The notes below the pieces were generated by a model. That model saw only the letters and a program-made list of their open reading frames with translations, was not told the origin of the DNA and made no database searches. The position numbers and the translations under genes were made by a program. Below are positions 30,494 to 39,600 of a stretch of DNA of 64,000 bases, piece after piece (the first letter of the stretch is position 1; each line of letters starts with the position of its first letter). This DNA comes from SAR324 cluster bacterium. GTDB taxonomy: Bacteria; SAR324; NAC60-12. The stretch covers positions 78,515-142,514 of the forward strand of contig JADGAV010000008.1 in NCBI GenBank assembly GCA_015231825.1, given 5' to 3'.

Positions 30494-31135
30494 ATGTCTA
30501 CAGAAAACGAAAAAGCTCGCATCTCCTGCAAACCGAATGGTCCCCTGCTCGTAAAATTTTTAGATTCCCTGCAAAATTCAAAAGGAGAAAATATCCCGAC
30601 AAAATCGGCATTTGCATTGTGTCGATGCGGTCATTCCGAAAACAAACCCTTTTGTGATGGAACACATAGAAAAATCGGTTTTAGCGGAGAAAAAACAAGC
30701 CAAGAAGCCAAGAGCAGCAAAAAATCTTATATGGGGAAACAATTGACACTCCATGACAACCGGAGTATATGCGCGCATGCCGGGATCTGCACCGATCAAC
30801 TGCCCTCTGTATTCCGCATGAAAGAAGAGCCGTGGATTGATCCAGATGGTGCGGAAGTCGAAAAAATTATTGAAATAGTCAACCAATGTCCATCGGGTGC
30901 ACTCCGTTGTACAATAGAAGATGCAGAACCCCAGGGTCCGGATCAAAACCCTGTGATTCAAATTTCCAAAAATGGACCTTATTTCGTCAAGGGCGGGGTG
31001 GAGCTTGAAGAGATTCCCGAAGCAGAATTCCCTTCAGGAGAACATTATGCTTTGTGCCGCTGCGGTCAATCCAAAAACAAACCCTTTTGTGATGGGACAC
31101 ACTGGAGCGCCGATTTTAAAGACGATGCAAATTGA
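30494..31135 (+). CDS. CDGSH iron-sulfur protein with two CDGSH domains flanking a divergent 4Fe-4S domain
   Basis: LCRCG.S.NKPFCDGTH occurs twice; central C.HAG.C...CPSGAL. Confidence 0.92.
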   Translation: MSTENEKARISCKPNGPLLVKFLDSLQNSKGENIPTKSAFALCRCGHSENKPFCDGTHRKIGFSGEKTSQEAKSSKKSYMGKQLTLHDNRSICAHAGICTDQLPSVFRMKEEPWIDPDGAEVEKIIEIVNQCPSGALRCTIEDAEPQGPDQNPVIQISKNGPYFVKGGVELEEIPEAEFPSGEHYALCRCGQSKNKPFCDGTHWSADFKDDAN

Positions 31136-31641
31136 ATGAATTAAAAACGGAGAAAATGATGCTGGAGAGACTAAAAAACCAAAGATTTGTTTTTTGCGGG
31201 TTGCTGATAATTTTTATATTCGGTTTGAGCTCCTGCGGGGGTGGTGGGAGCGAAGAAGACGATTCCTCAGACACTACCGCGACTGTTTCGTGTTCGGGAA
31301 ACGCTTCTCAATCTCCTGTCACAGTTACAGTGGGTTCTGCCTGTGAACAAACCAGTGCAGGAAATGGAAGCAACAGCGGATTCAACTTTTTTACATTTGA
31401 GGCAGGAACAGCCGGTGCCCATTCCATAAGTGTACAAAACGTCAGTCCTGCTTCCGCAAATCTTGACTGGCAATTGTATAGTGACTCTGGATTCAATAAC
31501 GCAATTACTACCTGCACCGGCAGCATCACGGGTAACGAGACCTGCACCGCAACTTTATCGCCATCGACTTCCTACTATTTAATTGTGCAGAATCAAGATG
31601 AAGCTGAAGTCTCCTATTCCCTCCTGATCACGGTACTCTGA
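31132..31641 (+). CDS. Hypothetical lipoprotein with a beta-sandwich (PPC-like) domain
   Basis: Lipobox LSSC followed by GGGG; D.QLY, E.C...L....YYL.V.N. Start may be ATG 31156. Confidence 0.65.
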   Translation: MNELKTEKMMLERLKNQRFVFCGLLIIFIFGLSSCGGGGSEEDDSSDTTATVSCSGNASQSPVTVTVGSACEQTSAGNGSNSGFNFFTFEAGTAGAHSISVQNVSPASANLDWQLYSDSGFNNAITTCTGSITGNETCTATLSPSTSYYLIVQNQDEAEVSYSLLITVL

Positions 31642-31661
31642 CGCTCAATTTCTGCTTTCAA

Positions 31662-32105
31662 ATGGCTCGCCTTCCAGGAAAAACTTCGTTTTGGAAAACA
31701 AAAGCACTGGCTGAAATGGATCACGAAGAATGGGAATCGCTTTGTGACGGGTGCGGCCGTTGTTGTGTGCATAAACTGGAAGATGAGACCTCGGGAGAAG
31801 TGCACTATACAAAAATTGCCTGTCGTTTACTGGACATCACTCGTTGCCGTTGCCAGTCTTACCAGTCCCGATATGATTTGGTTCCCACCTGTACGGTAGT
31901 CACTCTGGAAAATATTGAGAAATTTCAATGGCTGCCAGTAACCTGTGCCTATCGTCTTCTGGCCGAAGGAAAAGATTTGGAATGGTGGCACCCTTTGGTC
32001 TCCGGAGATCCGAAAAGTATTCACCATACTGGGATTTCCGTGCAGGATAAAGTGATTCCCGAGCAAAATGTTGATCCAGAAAATTGGGAAGATTATCTTA
32101 TCTGA
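31662..32105 (+). CDS. YcgN (UPF0260) cysteine-cluster protein
   Basis: FW..K.L..M..EEWESLCDGCGRCC..KLED, WLP.TCAYR, WHPLVSGD. Confidence 0.92.
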   Translation: MARLPGKTSFWKTKALAEMDHEEWESLCDGCGRCCVHKLEDETSGEVHYTKIACRLLDITRCRCQSYQSRYDLVPTCTVVTLENIEKFQWLPVTCAYRLLAEGKDLEWWHPLVSGDPKSIHHTGISVQDKVIPEQNVDPENWEDYLI

Positions 32106-32153
32106 CGCAGATCTGATCGTTTCAAGTTCAATGAAAGATAAGGAATTGCAAAG

Positions 32154-33320
32154 ATGTTTTCATCTGAGAAAATAGCGTATTTTGACTACAACGCTACTGC
32201 AGCGCTACTGCCAGGGCTCTCAGAGAGGATGATTAAAGCCTCTCAAAAACATTTTGGGAATCCTTCCAGTCCCCACAGAATCGGAAGAAATGCCAAAGAT
32301 ATTCTCGAAGAATCTCGCATACGAATAGCCCGGTCCATCGGAATCCAGGCTCAGGAACTGATATTTACCAGTGGAGGCAGTGAAGGAAACAACGCGGTTC
32401 TCAGGCAGCTCCTGTTCCGATCAGGACCGCAGCATATCATTACTTCTCAGATTGAGCATCCATCAGTATTGGAAACCTGTCGAATTTTGGAACAATGTTC
32501 CCCGATCAATATCAGCTATTTGCCCGTGGATCGATCAGGAAGAGTGAGACCGGAAAGTTTGTCTGCTGCTATCCGCCCGGAAACGAGTTTGATTTCCATC
32601 ATGATGGCAAACAATGAAACAGGCGTTATTCAACCGATTGAAAGTCTGGCTTCCATTGCAGACGAACACAAGATCCCCCTGCATGTCGATTGTGTCCAGG
32701 GATTGGGAAAGATTCCCATGCACTGGATGAAATGGAACGTGAGTTATGCCACGGTGAGTGCCCACAAATTCGGAGGACCACGAGGAATCGGACTGCTTTT
32801 TCTCAAAGAAGGAGTCCCTTTTAACGAATTGATCTCTGGAGGGAAACAAGAACGGATTCGCCGTGCAGGAACTGAAAATGTCATGCTCGCGTGCGGGTTT
32901 GCCGAGGCGCTTGACTGGATCAATATTAATCAAGAATCCACATCTTCTCGCCTCCTTTCTTTTAAAAACAGAATCATCGAGGAACTCAAGTCAATTGACG
33001 GATTTTTTCTCATCGGGGAACATGCTCCCTGTCTTCCGAATACAATCAATTTTGGCCTTTCGGGAATAAGCGCAGAAAGCCTGCTGATTCGACTCGACCT
33101 CGATCATGTCGCGGTCTCGACAGGTTCCGCCTGCTCCTCCGGAGCCCTGGAAGCCAGTCACGTATTGTTGGCAATGGGCTTGGAAAAATCAAAAGCGAAA
33201 TCCTGTCTGAGACTCAGTATGGGGTGGAATACGAACGAAGAAGAAGTCGAGTATCTGATCGACCGAATTCATCTGCATGCACAAAAACTTTATGAGAAAC
33301 AGAGATGCGGAAACAAATAA
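32154..33320 (+). CDS. iscS: Cysteine desulfurase (IscS/NifS type)
   Basis: YFDYNAT, GNPSS.H, FTSGGSE.NN, ANNETG, SAHKFGGP, GSACSS. Confidence 0.9.
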   Translation: MFSSEKIAYFDYNATAALLPGLSERMIKASQKHFGNPSSPHRIGRNAKDILEESRIRIARSIGIQAQELIFTSGGSEGNNAVLRQLLFRSGPQHIITSQIEHPSVLETCRILEQCSPINISYLPVDRSGRVRPESLSAAIRPETSLISIMMANNETGVIQPIESLASIADEHKIPLHVDCVQGLGKIPMHWMKWNVSYATVSAHKFGGPRGIGLLFLKEGVPFNELISGGKQERIRRAGTENVMLACGFAEALDWININQESTSSRLLSFKNRIIEELKSIDGFFLIGEHAPCLPNTINFGLSGISAESLLIRLDLDHVAVSTGSACSSGALEASHVLLAMGLEKSKAKSCLRLSMGWNTNEEEVEYLIDRIHLHAQKLYEKQRCGNK

Positions 33321-33556
33321 GGCCAACAGCAGCACTCGTTTTTTGTGGATTACAGCTCATTTTGGGAGGATGTTCATCCAACACTGAATCTATGTTTTTT
33401 AACTGCAAACTCGAAATTGATGAAAATCGCCAAAAAGTGAGAAAAATGGGACACTACAGCTACAGCTACGACAGCTACAGTAATTGTATGAGACCATTCT
33501 ACCTGATGCGTGATTTGGAGGAATGGAAACCTTCAGAAACGCCGGCTAACCCATAG
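33305..33556 (+). CDS. Small hypothetical lipoprotein
   Basis: Lipobox LGGC after a hydrophobic stretch; overlaps the end of the desulfurase gene. Confidence 0.45.
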   Translation: MRKQIRPTAALVFCGLQLILGGCSSNTESMFFNCKLEIDENRQKVRKMGHYSYSYDSYSNCMRPFYLMRDLEEWKPSETPANP

Positions 33557-33739
33557 ACTGCAGTCAATCACTTTTAATTTCCAGTGCTCTTCTGAAAAAA
33601 ATTCACTCCAAAATACCTTTCTCACCAATTTGGTGAGTAATCAGTGGAAAAGGCACTGAGAAAATGCTAAGCAAGAGGAAATTCAAAGATCTTTCTCATT
33701 TCTTCAAAACGAACCTTCTAAAAGATCAAAGGAGAGTCA

Positions 33740-34081
33740 ATGTCGCTAGTCCAATCCCGCCTTGAAAATAATATTTGTCTGATTAACCTTGAAGGAGAGG
33801 TAAATCAGAAGTCCATTGAACAGATCATCGCCATTGCCGATGAAATGAGAAAAGAAATCGAGTTACGTGGAGTGATTATCAATTTCAAAGAAATGAACTA
33901 TATTGATTCTATTGGAATCGGGATGCTCATGCAACTATTTAAGGATTTTCAGTCCTGGCAAGTCAAACTGGCATTTTGTCATTTAAGTGATAGTCTCTGC
34001 GAATACTTCAGCATGAGTTTTATTGATACAGTAATCAGCATTCATTCGACTGAGGAAGAAGCGCTTGCGAGTTTCGCTTGA
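33740..34081 (+). CDS. STAS-domain anti-sigma factor antagonist
   Basis: INLEGE, YIDSIGIG phosphoserine motif, TEEEAL; SD AAGGAG. Confidence 0.9.
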   Translation: MSLVQSRLENNICLINLEGEVNQKSIEQIIAIADEMRKEIELRGVIINFKEMNYIDSIGIGMLMQLFKDFQSWQVKLAFCHLSDSLCEYFSMSFIDTVISIHSTEEEALASFA

Positions 34082-34132
34082 TTAAAAAAGTCTCATTTAA
34101 CTTATTATTCTTCAGGAAAAATTAAAAAAATT

Positions 34133-34513
34133 ATGCCTGCAAATAAAGCCATGAAGATTCTTGTCGTAGATGATCAAGAGACGATGAGGGTTTCAATAAA
34201 AAGCATACTGAGAGCACTGGAATTCAAAAACATTGATTACGCGGAAAACGGCGAAGAAGCCTATCAAATGCTGACGAAGGGTGAGTTTGATTTTTTAATC
34301 ACAGATTGGATGATGCCTAAAATGACAGGGATGGAGTTGTTGAAAAAAATTCGAAGTGATGCAAAACTCAGTAAACTTCCGGTATTGATGCTCACGGCAG
34401 AAGGAAAACAGGACAACATAATGGAAGCCATCAAAGCAAAAGTCAGCAACTATGTCGTGAAACCGTTTGACGCCAAAACTCTCGACAACAAAATAAATCA
34501 AATATTCCGATAA
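34133..34513 (+). CDS. cheY: Chemotaxis response regulator CheY
   Basis: ILVVDD, TDWMMP.M.G, PVLMLTAE, YVVKPF; stand-alone receiver domain. Confidence 0.88.
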   Translation: MPANKAMKILVVDDQETMRVSIKSILRALEFKNIDYAENGEEAYQMLTKGEFDFLITDWMMPKMTGMELLKKIRSDAKLSKLPVLMLTAEGKQDNIMEAIKAKVSNYVVKPFDAKTLDNKINQIFR

Positions 34514-34522
34514 TTCCGCCAT

Positions 34523-35059
34523 TTAAATTTCCCAACTTCCCTCCAATATAGGTGGTAGAATCGGTTTTAAAATCCGATAGCTCACTCCCCATAAACGGTA
34601 GCGCCCGATGCGGTAGTAGGGTGCCGGTTCAGCTTTGGACCAACCAGGGAGCTGCTCCATAAATTCTCCATAGGACTCTGGTTTTGCAAGATCATGGAGA
34701 TTGACTTCCAACACTTCAGCAATCTCTCGTTCTTCCGGTTGCCATGCCTTCGGCACCACAATACGGGCGAGGAAGGGAAACACTCGAAATCCCGTGCTCC
34801 GTGTTTCAAGTACAGGAAGCTCCTCAAGAATCGTGATGTTCTCCCGCGGGAGCCCAATTTCCTCCCGACACTCACGTAAGGCCGTCTCCAATTTTGAAGC
34901 ATCACCCCGGTCGCTTTTTCCTCCAGGGAATCCCAGTTGATCTCCATGAACTCCCCCCTTGCTTCGTCGGATCACCACCAGGATCAAATCTCCATCCATG
35001 TTCCGAAAGACAGGGACCAGTACGGCAGCTTCTTTGAATGTTCTGACGGTCCCGTCCAC
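34523..35059 (-). CDS. Nudix CoA pyrophosphatase
   Basis: AAVLVP, H..Q..FPGGK, TALRE..EEIG, LWG. Confidence 0.9.
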   Translation of the reverse strand: MDGTVRTFKEAAVLVPVFRNMDGDLILVVIRRSKGGVHGDQLGFPGGKSDRGDASKLETALRECREEIGLPRENITILEELPVLETRSTGFRVFPFLARIVVPKAWQPEEREIAEVLEVNLHDLAKPESYGEFMEQLPGWSKAEPAPYYRIGRYRLWGVSYRILKPILPPILEGSWEI

Positions 35060-35090
35060 AAAAATCTCCGAAGAATACTTTTTTTATTGA

Positions 35091-36293
35091 TCAAAGAACT
35101 GGCACAGACGCTCTCACGAGCTGCAGCTGTTGATTGCTTTCCACGGTATAGGGTTGATTCGCACCAATGAAAAGAACCGTCCCTTTGCATAATTCAAATC
35201 CAGCCATCTCTGATTCGAGCTGTCCCCTACCCGAAAGGGTCAAAAGAATTGAAGGACTTTTTGTTTTCTGCTGTCTGAATAATTTGTGATGCGGAAGTTC
35301 GATTGTTTCCAGTATAAATTCCTCGGCATCACAGGGGTATTTTGTAATGCAATTGGAGTGAGAAATTCCTGCACACAGCCGAGCCGGTTCCCCACGATAA
35401 TTGAGCCTGGAAAGCATTTGCTCAACATCTTTGAATTTGTTGGTGATTCCTGCCCGAATGACATTGTCAGAATTCGCCATACATTCAACCAAATCCCCTG
35501 ACAAATAGGCATGCAGGCGATTGGCTTTCAGAAACAAAGATGTTTGCGGGGCAATGGGCATTTTCTGCATAAAAAATAAAAACAGCAATCCTAAATCCCG
35601 ACGATATTGCGGAAACAGAGAAAGAAACAATTCTTCTTTTTCAGTGCGATTTACTTCTTTTTGAACCTGCTGAAAAAGGCGTTGCAAGAGCATTTCCCCT
35701 CTTTTCTCCGGAAGATTCAGAAGCACCGGAAACAAATCTTCCAGATGCGGATGCCTTTTTTTTCCTTCAGAGGAGTTCAAAACTTCTTCTCCGCAAAATT
35801 CCTGGAGTATCGGGTACCGTTTGAGCACTTGAATGACCTTTTGTTCGTTTTCAAAACCAAATAACGTTTCGACACCAGAAATTGCCAGGGCAATTTCAGG
35901 TTTGTGATTGGGGTCAGGATAGTGCTGAGGATCATCTGAGTGCAGACTCTCAGCCCAGGATTTATCGGGGTGCATCTGAATTGAAAGCGGTTCTGCAATG
36001 GAGAGGACCTTAAACAGAAAGGGGAGGGTACCCCAGCGTTTCATTGTGTGAGCTCCCAGCAGCTTCCTATTTTTCGTGAGCACTTCAGAAAGCAGTTCAC
36101 CATTTCCAAATTTAACCCTGGAGGGCGCATTGGGATGAATACCCATCCATAACTCTGCATAAGGTAAAGAATGGTCAATTGATTGTCCAGGCAGCAATTG
36201 CGCCACAAGAGAACGGCTTCCCGGTTTCCCCCAATCGTAATTCATTGCTTGACAGTCTAGCTCAAAGATCCGGGGAGTTGCCATAGGAATCAT
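35091..36293 (-). CDS. manA: Mannose-6-phosphate isomerase, class I
   Basis: YDWG, AELWMG.HP, LPFLFKVL, LSIQMHP, NHKPE, HAY, SDNVIRAG.T.K. Confidence 0.95.
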   Translation of the reverse strand: MIPMATPRIFELDCQAMNYDWGKPGSRSLVAQLLPGQSIDHSLPYAELWMGIHPNAPSRVKFGNGELLSEVLTKNRKLLGAHTMKRWGTLPFLFKVLSIAEPLSIQMHPDKSWAESLHSDDPQHYPDPNHKPEIALAISGVETLFGFENEQKVIQVLKRYPILQEFCGEEVLNSSEGKKRHPHLEDLFPVLLNLPEKRGEMLLQRLFQQVQKEVNRTEKEELFLSLFPQYRRDLGLLFLFFMQKMPIAPQTSLFLKANRLHAYLSGDLVECMANSDNVIRAGITNKFKDVEQMLSRLNYRGEPARLCAGISHSNCITKYPCDAEEFILETIELPHHKLFRQQKTKSPSILLTLSGRGQLESEMAGFELCKGTVLFIGANQPYTVESNQQLQLVRASVPVL

Positions 36294-36642
36294 TTTTGAG
36301 GAGTTTCTCCAAGTCGATGGGAATCAGGGAGCAGAATGCGATTTTCCCAACTTCTGTCTGAGGAACAGAAACCTGCCCTGAGGCAAATTTTTAATCGGGA
36401 TGATGCTTGAGCTTCGAAAAAAATGCAATAGAAAAGCTTTTCTCGATTTTAAATATTTGAAGATTCTTTGAATAATTGAATTCTTCAAAATTTCCAGTAT
36501 GATTGAGTCGACAGTACCCAATCGACCGGCCTGAACTTTTCCGTGCAAAGAGCAATTTCACAAAAATGCATGCGCTTTTTTTCGAGTTCAAAGGGCTCCT
36601 TTTCCTCAATCAAACGCCTGTTTCAAAAGGGAAATAATAGAA

Positions 36643-39600
36643 ATGTGGACGCACTCATCACTAATCGGGCAGCTGCTCGTCAAGCGGTATGAGATCCGGA
36701 AACTGTTAGGTGAAGGGGGAATGGGGCAGGTCTTCCTTGTCTGGGATCGTCAGACACGTGAAGAAAAGGCCGTCAAACTGGTGGATGTCCGGAAAAAAAG
36801 AATTCCGATGGAGGCCATCCTGCGCTTCAAAACTGAAGCAGAAACGCTGAAATCTCTACGCCATCCCAATATAATTAAATATGAAGACTTTTTTGAGACG
36901 GATGAAATTTATGGCATGGTCATGGAATATGAGCCCTCTTCCTCTTTGACGCAGTATCTGCAAAAGTTCAGGACCATGCCCATCCGCACCGTGCTCACTC
37001 TTTTTCACCAATTGGCAGATGCCTTGGCATTTATTCATGAAAAGGGATTGGTGCATCATGATTTAAAAAGCTCAAATATAATTCTATCTGAAGAAGACGG
37101 GACTCAAACGTTCAAATTGCTGGATTTCGGATTTGCCAAATTGTTGGGAAGCTCAGAACACATGACAGAAGGAACATTGATATACATGGCTCCTGAGCAA
37201 ACCGGAATTTTGCAGAAAAATATTGACCATCGCGCAGACCTTTATTCTCTGGGAATTGTTGTCTACCAGGCGCTGACCGGGCAGGTGCCTTTCACCAGTT
37301 CAGATCCTGCAATTTTAGTCCATCAGCACATCGCCCAGACCCCGGAGAAACCTACAAAACTGAGAGAAGAGACTCCTAAAATTCTAGAAGAGCTGGTGCT
37401 CAAATTACTCAACAAAGATCCTGATGACCGCTATCGAACCAGCAATGGATTGTTGAAAGATCTGTTTCAGTATCAAAGGATTGTCGACAGTTACGCTACC
37501 CTTGATGCTTCCTTTGATTTGGGAGAACAGGACCATAGAGACAGTTTTCCCCAGGTCAACCCCTTTGTTGGACGAGAGGAAGTTCTGCAAAATCTTGAAA
37601 ACATCATCAATTCCACTGTGCATTTGAAGAAAGGAGGAGTTGTTTTTCTTGAAGGAATCAAAGGAATAGGAAGAACCACCGTGCTGTCGAACTTCTTCAA
37701 CAGGCTCCAATGCAGGCCGGTCGGCCGCTCAATTTTTCTCTCCATCCGCAAGGAAGATTTTAAACTTCCTTATCAACTGGTCATACGCCTGCTGAATTTT
37801 GTCATTTTCCATTTGAAAAGCCTTCCTGAATCAGAACAGCACTCATTTTTACTCAAGGTGAAGACTGTGTTCAGCTATCGCTTCGACCTTCTTCTTGAAT
37901 TGGTCCCTCAATTGAGACCATGGTATGATCAGGAACACAAAATTGAATTAGCTAAAGGAAAAAACTGGAGCAGCGAAGACTACGAATGGTTGATTGTAGA
38001 TCTCCTCCGGGCAATCTCTGAAACGATGCAGCACGCAATCATCCTCATTGATGATTTACATTATGTCGAACCTAAATCGGCACAATGCCTGATCAATTGT
38101 TTTGAACGGCTGGCAGAAATTCCGGTTTTGCTCATTTTCTCCTACACACACGAAGAACTTCCACGCAAGTATCTGAAATGGATCGAGCATTATGAAAAGG
38201 AACCATTTTTCCACAATTTGCATTTGGGGCCTTTCCAGGAAAAACACTATTTTGATTTGCTTCAAAAATTATTTTCCAAGCAGCTTTATGATGCTCCAAA
38301 ACTTGTTGTGCCTCTCTATCAGGCGACACAGGGCAATCCAGCGTTCCTGAGAAAACTGCTTCAGGATTTGGTTGATTCCAAACTGATTTTTTTCGAAAAA
38401 CAGTCATGGAACACAGATTTGGAGGCTTCCTTAAAATTTATCGAAAACTACAATACTCAACTCATTTTTGATCCTCTTCGTCAGTGGGAGCCTGACGATC
38501 GCGCAATACTGCAGAGGGGTGCCGTCTTTCACAAAGCGTTTACCATGGAAGCACTGATCTCTGTTTCTTCCTCGCCTCCTGCACTTGAGCATGTAACTGA
38601 ATCCAGGGCCATCAAATTACTCGACAACGCATTGCGAACCGGAGTTCTGTTTTTGGAAGCCGGGAGGTACTATGCTTTCAGAGACAACCAGGTTCGCCAA
38701 AATTTACTGGAAACACTTTCACTGGACTTGCGCAGGAATATTCACCGGGGAATTGCGCAGCATTTAGAAGAATATGCTCTCCCCATTGATCCTGCCTCCA
38801 TTTACAATATTGCCTACCATTGGGAAAAAGCCGGAGACACCGTGACGGCGATTCGCTACAATCTCAAAGCAGCACGGCACACAGATGACGGCCTTTTTCA
38901 CGATCGAAATGCTGAAATTTATTATAATTTAGCCTTAAACGGATTGAAGCAAATCCCTCAGGATGCCATTGAACCGGAACTTCAGTTTGAAATACGCTAC
39001 AATGCCATCCGCCATACTCTGGCCCAAAGCCAGCAATTTGACCGACTCTGGGAAGAGACTTTAGAGTTAGAAATCTGGGTTGGGGATGACAGCATCAAGC
39101 GAATCAAATTGTTGTATATAAAGGCCTTTTTGAGTTTTATGAGAGGACGCAAGGATAAAATGTTTCAATATGGCCATGAAGCATTGGACTTGTCGGTGAC
39201 TGAAGAAGAAAAAAAACAAGTTGTCGGGATCTACAACATCCTGGGAAGAGTGGCGAGCGAGAAAACATTTTCAGAACGAATCGAATTGCTCTGCAAGGGA
39301 ATTGAGATGGCTTTTCAATATCAGCAATTCTCGGAAGCGCCAGGATCGGTGGTGATCCTTAGCATTCTGCTGGCTTATCAGGCACGTTTCAAAGAAGCGC
39401 ATCAGAAAATCGGGCAGTACACAAAAATCCTGGATGATCACCAGTTTCCAGGAGACGAATTGAGAATTTCTGCCTTAATTTGTTTGGAAACGGAACGCGG
39501 AAATTTTAACGAAGTGCTCGCTCTGCACAAAAAGATGAATTATGAAAATCGTTTTGTCAATCCCTTAATCCAGCTTTTTTATCAAGGGCGTGTCGCCCTC

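Noticed and set aside
30638-31101. Near-identical ~28-nt direct repeat (AAACAAACCCTTTTGTGATGG) occurring twice
   Set aside because: It encodes the two NKPFCDG CDGSH motifs within one gene; not a CRISPR or att site.
33453-33482. TACAGC short tandem repeat
   Set aside because: Only 2-4 imperfect in-frame units (YSYSYDSYS); too short to argue for phase variation.
36430-36489. AGAAAAGCTTTTCT palindrome and TTTGAAGA/TCTTCAAA repeat between manA and the kinase gene
   Set aside because: AT-rich low-complexity matches with no recognisable motif or second copy.
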